A stretch of 62,485 nt of DNA, filler included, from Vermamoeba vermiformis (lineage: Eukaryota), in assembly GCA_045837725.1 (NCBI GenBank). It is 8 parts of 8 records of this genome, joined end to end, with 100 filler letters (N's around TTAATTAATTAA, not from the genome) between each part and the next. Parts side by side here need not be neighbours in the genome. Positions count along the whole stretch, not along the records: positions 9,032 to 28,218 come from JBEWZL010000252.1; 7 more parts are not named here. One strand, given 5' to 3'. Below the pieces are notes generated by a model. That model saw only the letters and a list, made by a program, of their open reading frames with translations. It was not told where the DNA came from and ran no database searches. The position numbers were made by a program, and so were the translations under genes. This document shows, one piece after another, positions 11,865 through 22,563 of this stretch (position 1 is its first letter; each line of letters opens with the position of its first letter).

Positions 11865-12226
11865 GACAAACCAGACATTCCAGGCCCAGTACGTAAGCAC
11901 CGCCTTCTCCGTTCCGTGCCCACCACTTCCGAGCTGTCCAACACCTCGAGTCCTTTTCCACCGAAGAGCAGGAGGATATACAAAAAGAGAAAAAAACATG
12001 TTGATAACTTGACTGAGCCACAGCACAAGAAAGTTGACCTTCAAATTTTTATCCTTTTTTGGCGACCAAATTTGTACTGGTTTTGATAGTCAAATTATGT
12101 AACTTTGGTGACCAAAACAGTTGGATTTGACTGTCAAAAACCTGTTCTTTGTCTGCCAAATTTTAAAAATTTTATCTCATTTTTTTACATCCCCATAACA
12201 CATCACAACAACTCTCAACTCTCAAA

Positions 12227-12439
12227 ATGGATCCAGTAGGAACAGAGTACTCATATCATAACCAAATAGAAGAAGAAGAAGATGCTCCTCTGATGAATTT
12301 GGAGGTGTACAAATTGGAAGAAAGAGAAGACGGAACTTTTGAAGAAATTCCAATGAACGAGGCGGCAAAAAGAAAAGTGAGAGAAATGAAAGAGAAAATG
12401 ATGGATCCAAAGGAAGAAGAAGATGAGGATTCATTGTAA
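12227..12439 (+). CDS. Small acidic orphan protein (70 aa)
   Basis: AAAATG start after an AC-rich leader like that of the 10514 gene; Glu-rich frame; AATAAA just after the stop. Confidence 0.6.
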   Translation: MDPVGTEYSYHNQIEEEEDAPLMNLEVYKLEEREDGTFEEIPMNEAAKRKVREMKEKMMDPKEEEDEDSL

Positions 12440-13142
12440 TTACAAATAAAAGACATAATTAAACTTGCTCAAAACAATAAACTGCCCCAAGTAATGCTTT
12501 TTCCAACCAACTGTCCCACTGTCCACAAAGGACAAAGCACCGGGCTCGGGAATCTACCACTAGCCGTTCGACGAATATCCGCGTCGTGCATTCAACTCTT
12601 CGCGATTCAAGCGGCAACGCCCGGATACACCCTGCACCTCCATCAACTCTTTTCCCTCTAGCCACCTCAGGCACCACAGGGATGCCAACGTCTCGCTTTT
12701 AGGTATTCTGAGGCAATCTCAGCTTCGAGCCAAGGACGGATCGAAGAGAGGATCTCCCCCACGAGAATGAGAAGCTCGCTTTTCCGCTCTCGGCTCACGA
12801 CGGATCGTCCCCGGACGGGCATCCTCCACCTTTGTAGCCAACCGCAGGACAAAGCTTATCCGGATCTCGCGGCACGCTAGCAAAACTACGCTTACCCCTC
12901 GTCGAAACCCCTTCGACGGCACCCACCGACGGGCAGAGCCTTCGAAGGGTGCGTTCGACCTCGTACGAGGCCGACGAAAGAAGCCCTCAAAGTTTCATCT
13001 CGCGCGACGGCACCGGGCAGAGCAGTCGCCCTGGCGATCGACATCCGCAACACCCGCCGACAACATTTTCCCCTCCAGTCATGTTAGGTCACACCGCAGA
13101 GCTATCAATCCAAAAGCGGAATGGCAGAGCATAATGCACTGC

Positions 13143-14760
13143 AACGCCCAGAGATCGGGGGGAGACCCCCCGCACCCCCGGCAGCGACTTTCCTTTCAGG
13201 CACCTTAGGCGCCACAGAGGTACGAGTCCGGGTCGCACCAGCAACGAACCTTTCTTTCCGGGATTTCCACTGAGGTCGAAGAGGTAAACTAGGATCCTCA
13301 TCTATCATTGCTTGCCTATACCTCAAAAAAGCTCTGGCTGTTCAGAAAGGGAATCAAAAAAGCAGATCATGCATTTCGAATCGAGGTCGGACGGTCGACA
13401 CGAAAGGGCCGAAGAAGTTCTTTCGAGGGGTCGGCCCACGATACGACCTTCTGCTCCGGGTACCGCAATTTAAAGTTGCAAAATATGCATCACCACCTCA
13501 AACTTCATTGTCGTCACAAAACAAGGGTATCTCCCGAAGCAATCGGTCTTCCCACAGCGTCGATCGCCTTCGTCCGACATGGGCAAAAATCCACTTCAAC
13601 TCCCAGTTATCGGGGGGAGACCCCCCGCACCCCCCAACTCATTTTTACGTAAGGCACCTTCGGCGCCACAGAGGTACCTATCGAGGTCGGACTGTTGGGT
13701 GGCGGTTTTCAACGGCAGGCAAATTGGCCTTGTCTCGGCATCTTTCGTAGTCGATCCAATACAAAAGTTGCTACTCGTCTGCCTGTATAGGAGCAGCAAA
13801 ACCGAACATGCTGCAACGCCCAGATATCAGGGGGAGACCCCCTGCACCCCCACCCCCCAAAGAACCTTTTTTTTTCAGGCACGTTCCGGCGCCACAGGGG
13901 TATCGGTCGGAGTAAACCCTTTGGAAAACAAACGGCAGACCCTCCGAACAAATTTCCGCTCGGAAACGACCGATCCGCTTTTTCCAAGTCGTCGGTCAGG
14001 CCTTCGGCAATCCCATCTTCCAGCGTCTAGCCCCGTCACAAAATGATTAGTGCCCAGACACGTATCCGCCTTGATTGTATCGGAGCAGTGCATCGACGAG
14101 CTGCGGATTTGACGAAAACTCCTTTTATTGCCAATGGCAACCCTTTGACAAGCCGGTATTCGGCAATTGTAAAAATAAACTTTAAAACAAAATCTGGACC
14201 TTCCCTCCCTTCAAAACGACACGATCGGGTCGCGCCCCCTCGCATCCTTTGGTCGGTGCTTGCCGACAATATTCGGCATCAGAACTTGCAATTTTTCTTC
14301 GGCAAAGAAGCTCTCGAAACGACTCTTCTGCTTCCATCCTGACTGCATAGGTCAAATGCACTTTGAGGGAGACCCCCATCCCCCCCAACAGCAATTTTTG
14401 GTTTCAGTCCCTACCAATGCTTGGCAACGGGGAGAGCTCTCGAATGCAACCGTAGGCAATGTTTTTTTGGCTAGTACATCTTCCAGATCCCAGTCAACAG
14501 CCGTTGGCCTGCAAGGGGAGCGGCAAATCAAAGTGCACTGCGACTCCCAGATATCGGGGGGAACCCCCGCACCCCCGGCAACAACTTTTCCTTCCAGGCA
14601 CCTTCGGCGCCACAGAGTTATAGATCGAGATCGCCCAGTTCGTTCTCGTCGTCGGCCAGCGGTGCGGCAAAACGAAATCCACGGCAACGCCCAGATATCG
14701 GGGGATACCCCCACACCCCCCAGAGACATTTTTACGTTAGGCACCTTAGGCGCCGCAGAG
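13143..14760 (+). repeat. Dispersed GC-rich composite repeats (about 77-87 bp)
   Basis: CCCAGATATC-GGGGGAGACCCCC-CGCACCCCC-about N20-GGCACCTTCGGCGCCACAGAG at 13143-13219, 13597-13673, 13813-13899, 14541-14617 and 14684-14760; degenerate copy near 14365. Confidence 0.92.
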
Positions 14761-15255
14761 GTCCTAGTCGAAGTGGACCATCGTAAAACAAACGGCAGAC
14801 GCTCCGAACCCCCTGCAATCTGCCCCACGGACACGACCGATCTACTTCCACCTTCACCTGCTTTGAGTTGACGGATCGATTATCATCCCTTCCAGCCAGA
14901 ATGCTATGGGTTCGACCAAGCTTGTCCCAGCTCGCCGTTCAATAGTGCTAAACACCAATCACGACAATTGCACACGGAATTGAGTTCTGAGCCGGACAGG
15001 AAGAGAACCGTTACCCACTTGCCGCAGTAAAGTTTCGTCCGTCGTTCTGTTCTTTCGTGCGCTAGGTAAGCAGTCCGGACGAAAAGAAGAGAATTAATTG
15101 ACTTCGGAGCTGCCACGAGAGAAGCGCTTCCACCCACTTTTCTAAACTGCACGCTTTGTTTATCAAAGATTGTCTATTTAATTAATTAACCCACGTAACT
15201 CATACAATACACAAACAATATACAATATGCTACAAAACGGAAATCCAGACTTCCA

Positions 15256-16501
15256 TCAGCAGAGGACCACTTTCGGCATCGAATCTCGGACGATCGGGTC
15301 GTCTTTTCCGTAAACCACGTAAGGAGAGTCCCTGATTCGACAAACCAGCTTGCCCTCCTCGTTCCTGGACCAAAACGCGTCGAAGTCGGTGTTGATCGCG
15401 TCGAGCCACGAGTAGGCGGACACTTCCGCGCGTCTCAACATGCCCAGCCTCAGCTTGTTGCGGTATCGCTCCAAGGCCTTCTCTTGCTGGCTGGGCGGCA
15501 AGTTTTCGGAAATCTTCTTCCGGAACAGGCTCTCGAAGTGCGGCGACAACCCCGAGTAGTCCCCCTTTCGGTAGGCCTCCGTGGACGGGTGCAGGATGCA
15601 GTCCGGCAGTCTTTCGCCGGTCAGGGGATGGACGTGTCCCTGGCACTCGGAATCGCAGCCGTTTCGCCCGCTGTTGACGCTGTTCAGCTCGTGGGCGAGG
15701 TGCTCGTGGTTGATGCACATCTTGACGTGGCACAGGTGGCTCAAGTCCATCCTGGCCCTCGAGACGCCTGGCTCGACCACCCACTCGCCTTTCTCATCCC
15801 TGTCCCACTGAGAAGGCATGTCGTGCATGAACATGACGAGGGTGTGCAGGTGCACTCGGTACCTCATCCGGCTGTGCTGGATGCCGCACCAGCCGTAGTC
15901 TCCATCTGGCAGGGAGATGCCAGGCAAGAAGGCCACCATGGGAACGATGCAACCGGACTCCAGCACCACTGCGTGGTCCATCAATTGGTCGTACAGTTCG
16001 TCTCGGAGGTAGAACTTGGCGACCTGGGTGGGGAAGTGTCGAACCTCGAGCGCGGCCAGGTTGTACGTGGGCATCCTCTTCCTGAGGACTTGGGTGGCCA
16101 GCACGTCGGGCGCGTCCTCGGGCAGCCACAGCTTCACGTTCAGGTTCCTTTTCGGCTCCTGCAAATATTATCAGAACTGCAAATTGATGGTGGAATGAAG
16201 GAATTAAACAATTAAAATAAATTGTGCAATCAATATTGTTTATAATCATAGTAAAAATAAATTATGGTGAAATTTAAGAACATGTTTGATATTTACTTAC
16301 CACCAATGGAAAATAGAATTCTTCCATTTTAACTGTGCCTCCTTCAGCAATCTTGGTGGCCATCATCTCAAACTTTTTACCATAAAAGTCACCCCTCTTT
16401 GGAGCTGACCTGACCTGAGCAAGTTGTTTACTAATGCTTTTGAGATCTAAAAATATTATTTGGTTAGATCTGTAAGTTAAAGAATATTAGAACATACTCA
16501 T
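15256..16501 (-). CDS. His-Cys box / His-Me finger endonuclease (I-PpoI-like zinc-binding loop), 350 aa, 3 exons
   Basis: Motif DLSHLCHVKMCINHEHLAHELNSVNSGRNGC matches the SHLCH-x3-CxNxxHL-x-E-x4-N-xx-R-xx-C pattern. Exons 16498-16501, 16301-16446 and 15256-16158 splice in frame (MNLKSISKQL...FPLV|EPKRNLNV). Confidence 0.88.
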
Positions 16502-16846
16502 TACTGGTATGCTTGATGTTGAACTTGATTAAAATGAGCACAGAAAGTGAAAAAAAAACGGTTGGCAAAGTTGCAAATGCAAATATGCCATAAAATTTAT
16601 TTAACAATTAAACAAGCCATTTAATGAGGCATAAAAGACAGTGTGTGACATACCTTGGCCACAGATCAGGATCAGCATACTCAGGGCTCTTCCATCCAGT
16701 GACTCGTGTTGAGCGGAGCAGTGCGTGTCATTCGACTCACGCTCAAGCTCAGTGAGAGGCACCCGCCATATTGCTCTCGTGCAAATAACCTTTGATAAAA
16801 CAATATTAGCGTAATGCATTTGATATATTAAATGCGTTGGACATAC

Positions 16847-17437
16847 CTTTGGCACGATCGATGGAGAAGCCAGTGGCCTGTTTGAGATCGAGTCCCGTGG
16901 GTGACTTTAGATTGCCCGTGCTGAGGGAGTACTCGAGCTTGCTGCCGACATCGAAGGTCTTGTTCGAGCTGTTCTTGAAGTACATCTCGTCATGGATGTT
17001 CACTGCCTTGCCCTGGTGCAGATCCTTGGCGATCACTGCTTTGATGTTGCCGAGCCACTCCTGCAGTTTCTCTTTGAGCGTCAGCATCAAGTGTCCCGGC
17101 AGCAGCAGTTCTTGCGTGTTGGGCACATCCATTTGTCTTCGGCGCAATCACAGCTCACCAGTGCATAGAGCTTGCAGATCATAAATATGAGCATATTGAG
17201 CTTGTCCTGGTTGTTCGTCAGATGCACCAGCACGTATTTCAACAAGTGCTCGCCGATCTGCACATCGTCCAGCGCTTGGGCACGTTGTCGAGGGCAGTGC
17301 CGAATCGACTGCCAATGAACGCCAAGCACTGCTCGCGACTTTTCTGCCCTCTTTGTGTGACTCGCGCAGCATGCTCTCCACTCTGTATCGAGCTCGTGAC
17401 TTTTTGTAGTTGTAATCTGTATTTGAACAAAATGAAG
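16847..17437 (-). pseudogene. RPA2: Frameshifted internal fragment of RNA polymerase I second-largest subunit
   Basis: Pieces spread over three frames: EQCLAFIGSRF / VLVHLTNNQDKLNMLIFMICKLYALV / QELLLPGHLMLTLKEKL...GSKLEYSLSTGNLKSPTGLDLKQATGFS, recognisable as the Rpa135 signature region. Flanked by introns 17438-17483 and 16790-16846. Confidence 0.88.
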
Positions 17438-19956
17438 CTTTAGACAAATTAATATATCGTTATCTGAGTGTGATTACTCTTACCTGGCCCATCTGTGGCC
17501 AAGACACATGAAATTACCAGCAGTCAATCGGGCCAAAGATCCAAACGCAGCGTGTACAACATTTCGTAAGCTCTAATATATTATATTAATCAATATTAAC
17601 TTAACTAATAATATAATATAATATATTACTTACCTCGATGCGTATTTTGACTTCAGAAGCTGGTGCTGTTCGCAGATTCGGTGAAGATGGCACGAGATCT
17701 ATTTTCCAAGACTTCTAGACCTAAATAACGGCATTAAGTCATATATATTTATTCCTTTAATTTTAATATTTACTTACTGTTTATTTCAATGCGTCCAATG
17801 AATTCTAATTGATAAATATAATTCGACTCGAATTACTAATCCAATCTTGCCCTAGGCATTAACTGTTAAGAACTAGCACTGCACAGAGTCGTGGTGCGTG
17901 CTGTCTTGTAGTCAGTAATAATTATTACTGACTTAGCAATAAATCGACCCGTGTGGTCGATCTTTCAAAGTTGGATTTACAACGTGCATCATGTGATTGA
18001 TCCATGCCGCAAGCAACGAGATTGGATATCCATGCTTTCTTCGTCGAAGAAGAGTCGTGCCTTTGTGGAGCGCTTAAAATTAAGGCCACAAATCCTGTCT
18101 TCGTTATTTTAAATTCCAAACCGGATTGGCGGGGGTAGGTTAATTTCTCAGTAACGCGAGAGGCTACAGTGATGCCGTCTCGTGCAATGCGATCAACACT
18201 ATAATTTATATCAGGCAAGGGACTTACAAAGCATTGGTGTAACGTATTTTACATTTTTGTTTCGCATCGGGCACAAATCCCGAACGAAAGAATAAATTAA
18301 CGAAAGCACATCAATACGTAGTTTTGAAATAATACCTAGCTTTATTTTAAGTAAAAGATGCTTACCAAGCTCCTTACAGTAGCCTGCCAGCGGGTATGGC
18401 TGATCTCGAAATGATCCAGCTCCAGGCGGATCAACTGCCCAGCAAGAGTGGGAGCCGACAAATTAATCGTGTTCTACAATGGCAAGCCACGAAACCTTTT
18501 GTTGCCGCAGTTGTGGGCTGGGTAAACGGCACGTGCTCTGTAAATTGTAACGGTCAAATTTTCGCCTAACGCCAATCTCGCATTTTGGAGATTGTTTAAA
18601 TTTAATTTTAACGAACACAACACATCAAAACCAGCGTTGTTGGAGCATTGCTTATTTGAAATTTTACTTACCTTACTGAGTTGTGGTACCTCGTGGTCCA
18701 TGTAGTCCGTCAGAAGTTGTGGTGGTACGTTCCAGATGTTCCGGATCGTGTCGCGGGATCAAAACAACAATCAGGTTACTAAGAATGCTAATAACAATAA
18801 AATATTATTAAAAGTGTACAAATTATATTAAAAAGATAATTAGCTTACTGGACAATAGCTGTATTGGATTTCACATCGTGAATCCACTCGTGTTGCAGAT
18901 CGCATTTCTTTGTTGTATCGGAGTTTTCAGTCAATCTGCGAGAATAAAATAATTAATACCTATATTCCAAATGATTTTTTAGACTTACGTGTTGGCCATT
19001 TCACTTTTGACCGTAATTTAACCCTGTTAGACGCATCGCATTGACAGGCCAGTGCACGTAGAGTTGTTCAATCTGCGGCTATTAATCACTGCGCTATGAT
19101 TGGCTGACAGACTTACAAAGGGCGCGAACACCTCCGTGGTCTTGAGCAGTGCGTTGATGCGGTAGCCTGTGCCGTGCGTGCTCTTCAGATGCAGCCGAGA
19201 CAGCGCAATTTGCCGCCAGACATGATAGCAATGCACGAGGCCAAGACATCAGCCTCTTCCATTGAGTGCGTGGTCAGCAAGATGACGCGCTCTGTTCTGA
19301 TCGATTCAATCAAGTGTCACACCTCGCGCTTATCACTGAGTCAAAGCATTTCAAATTGCAAGCAATTTTCTATAATAAAAACGATTTCAGTACTATTATA
19401 AACTAGTATAAATGGTTAGTACTTATGCTGGATGCAATTGACTGAGCACCACCTAAATTCTATCAGATCGGATCCTGCAGAATCAATCCAATCATTTCGC
19501 TCATCGGTACGTTTCGAGCTATTATATAACGTGTTAGTAATAGCCACTGTCTGTTAATAGCAAAATTACCTGCCGGAATGAATCCATTAGTAAAGGTTTT
19601 CTCGCGAAAGTCAGCCATTGAGAGATCGAACACGCTGATTGACTTGCACTAAATAAAGTAGGTTAATATATTTAATACTTTAATTATAACTGCTATAATG
19701 GTTAATTACCGGGAATTGAGCATAAGTGCTCGGACATTCAGCATGAAGATCGGCTTCGCTAGCAGGTGATTGGGCAATTCCTGTTAAATTTAATGTTAAT
19801 ATGATATATTAAGAATATTTTAAACATTAATTTAATTTTGACACGAGCACTAAGCCCGATCCAAAAAAATTACATTTGTTAAATTATTCGCGTAGATTAA
19901 ATTTTAAAATGACGCGCTTCAACGTGTTTATCATTGTTATCACTAAATTACTTACC
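17438..19956 (-). ncRNA. Putative spliced non-coding unit(s), minus strand
   Basis: AT-rich GT-AG introns (17438-17483, 17573-17633, 17721-17777, 18779-18848, 18936-18988, 19519-19569, 19649-19709) around exons of 89, 87, 87, 79 and 71 nt; no convincing ORF. Carries the TCGACC-N5-GGTCGA hairpin at about 17944-17960. Confidence 0.5.
19117..19340 (-). pseudogene. Decayed fragment of an ABCA-subfamily transporter nucleotide-binding domain
   Basis: Translates KREV*HLIESIRTERVILLTTHSMEEADVLASCIAIMSGGKLRCLG, then after a frameshift LHLKSTHGTGY. TTHSMEEAD and LKxxxGxGY are ABCA hallmarks. Confidence 0.88.
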
Positions 19957-20228
19957 ATTTGCCATATTTTGAGGTGTCCATGTCCGTGTAAATCCGATCG
20001 TGCCGGCAAGATCTGCGAGAGCTCTGTTACGAGTAGTGATACCAAGCAAAACAAAGCATGATACAAGCGAAACAACGCAACAACAATTGCAGGCCGTTGG
20101 TGGTCGTGATCATGTGAAACAAAGTCAAAATAAAATTACAGCTTCGACATCCTTCATGTAATGCAAAAATCTGCGAATTAACGCGTATTTATTGTTGAAA
20201 AATTCTGCTAATTTATTACGCTAACACG

Positions 20229-20934
20229 ATGTCCCAAGAAGCAACACAGCCGTTGCCATTTACTCTCGCCAAACCGATCCGTTCTTCGGCCGATAGTCAA
20301 GAGGAGGAGGAGCATAGCGACAGTAGCGGAAGCTACATTGAGCCGTCTCAGAGGCCTCCAGTTTTTCCTCCGCTGAGTGACGACGAAGATCCAGATGCCA
20401 CAATAATACTTAACCACACGTCCCAGCAAACGCAGCAAGGCGATGGGGCCGACGAAGACAATTTTCCACGCCTAACTCCGGTGATTAATCGCTTCTTTCG
20501 TTTGATCGAATATGACCCACCGCCAACCCCAGAAAACGATGAACCTCTTGTGCCTTGCGCTGAAAGTGGCGTAGACGAGACTTTGCCGTACGAAGAGGAG
20601 GAGATCTCGTCCAAGATCTCGCAACAACCGGCAAAAAAGGATCCAGTGACGGAGAAAAAGGGTTCATCGAAGGCGAAGACTCTGGTTAAATCGAAGAAGG
20701 CACAAAAAAAAATCAAGGTAAAAAAGGAAGTAAAAAGAGAAACAAAGACTGTGCCAGAGACGACGCACGATGGTTTTTACCACGAGATCTTCGAAGAGAT
20801 CCCAGAATTACGCGTGTTTTCAGACGCCAGCGTGCTTCACTACGCTAGAAATCACTGGACGTAAGAAATATCGTTTTAGATAGTAATTATTGACTAATCC
20901 TTTTTTTATTGGGCCGCGAAGTCCGAAAAAGTAA
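20229..20934 (+). CDS. Orphan low-complexity protein (acidic N-half, Lys-rich C-half), 2 exons
   Basis: Long ATG-initiated frame, intron 20861-20921, ending WTPKK*. Confidence 0.65.
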
Positions 20935-21122
20935 AGCATGCTTCCTGCAAGTTATCTACTAACAATATTAAGGTATTAATAGACATAATACCCATTAACT
21001 TGTATAATCACCCTTAAATAAAGACCAATTTTAACTTGAATTCCGGGTACGAGACAGCAAATTTGCAATAGTGCGCCTTTTGTTTGCCGAAACAAGTATT
21101 GTTTGTTACGTTCCGCTTGCTA

Positions 21123-21975
21123 ATGACTGCATTTAACCCTATTTTGATTGATGTCGAAGACGACGATAATAATGTCGTTCAAATCGATGATAGTGCTGAC
21201 ACAACCAAAGCCGACGGTAATTACTGCATTATTTCTATCGTGTAACTGCTAATACGACTCAGAGCCAAGCCCCTTTGGAGCATTGTTTGTTATGTACGTG
21301 CATTGCACTTTAACATTTCGTGCTGATTACTGTATTTAGGTATCCGTTGAACAAAGTCCATCAGAGGCAAGTAAAACTATTTGTCGTGCTTTATTATTTA
21401 TTTTTTGTCAGCAACGTGCGTCAATATTTTGAGGACAGCGACTTGGGTGTATATTACGCACAAGATGCGAGAAATAGCGTTTATTTATCCTACTCTCTCG
21501 TGAGCATTTGGGTTGGAGAAAAGCATTCTCTGACATTTTTTAATCGAATCTACCAAGTTGATTGCTCCAGATCTGGTGGCAAAATGTGCAGCTTGCGCGG
21601 ATTCATGATTCACGATGTAAATTGTCTGATTGTCAGATGGTGCAAAGAACACGTAAGCATTGTTTCCGTACCAGCGATAATTATTAATTTAATTATTAGC
21701 CCGATCAATCCCTCAGTAAGAGAAGAGAAATTCGCGAACACATCCAAGACCTGGATTTGTTCAAATTTATCGGCGTGTACACTGGCGGAGGTGCGGATTG
21801 GCACATCATTCAAGTGCGTCAGTATTTTGTGGAGAAGTTGATGTCCATTCTCGAGAATGGTGGTATTTTACCGGATGAGTCGGATCTGCCTCCTCGTTAT
21901 GTGCACGAGGCCCGCGAGCAATACCAGCGTCAGCAGATGGAAATGGAAATGCAAATTGAGACTCAGGATGAGTAA
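21123..21975 (+). CDS. Orphan protein, 4 exons
   Basis: Exons 21123-21216, 21263-21293, 21340-21652 and 21700-21975 splice in frame (MTAFNPILIDV...YPLNK...WCKEH|PDQSL...ETQDE*); AATAAA follows. Confidence 0.75.
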
Positions 21976-22444
21976 TGTATTCGTTTAATAAAGGATTGTT
22001 ATTGAGATCAATTACGGTGATCCAATGCACGTTTTTCGCACCAGTTGCACGTAATAGCTCCTTACATTTATATCTTAATGTAAAAAAATTGTTTCTAACT
22101 CATAAAATTAAATAATCACGACCAATGTTCTGAAATCCGGGTATTTAACTTTTCGATCTGGATCGAAGCGTTAAATTTAACCGCCCTTTAGAATTTAAAG
22201 TTAAACAAGACCATATTTATATTGATTAAGACGGTTTAGATTTGATAACAATGGACTTTAAACTCTAATTTCCTCGGGGACTTTTTCGATCTGGATCAAA
22301 CATGCTCTATTGAAAGCGACCATTGTTACAGCTACATTTTGTTTGATTTTGTAACTCATCAATGCAAAAATTAGGCGGAAATTCAAACGTTCCCTCGATC
22401 AGACCGCAAAACGATAAAGCACTAGTTGATCCAAAGCACCTCAT

Positions 22445-22466
22445 GGGTTAGGGGTAGGGGTTAGGG
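22445..22466 (+). repeat. Interstitial degenerate telomeric repeats
   Basis: GGGTTAGGGGTAGGGGTTAGGG, same orientation as the terminal telomere. Confidence 0.6.
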
Positions 22467-22563
22467 CGGGATGGTGGTAGGTGTTGGTGAGAATTAACTT
22501 ATTGATAGGTGTTTGGTGAACGAAACTCGATCGGGAACCCGTTACTTTCTCATCCAGTCACTA

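Noticed and set aside
9198-14760. CACAGAG as a RAG/Transib RSS heptamer (CACAGTG-like)
   Set aside because: No ACAAAAACC-like nonamer at 12/23 spacing, no RAG1/Transib ORF, and conservation lies 5' of CAC rather than 3'.
12459-15152. Many overlapping 60-200 aa ORFs in the GC-rich repeat region
   Set aside because: They translate the repeats (GETPRTP, LRRHRG) on both strands and show no domain or splice support; expected from high GC.
15256-16501. Group I intron or rDNA surrounding the homing-type endonuclease
   Set aside because: No rRNA sequence or P/Q/R/S core elements recognisable in the flanks.
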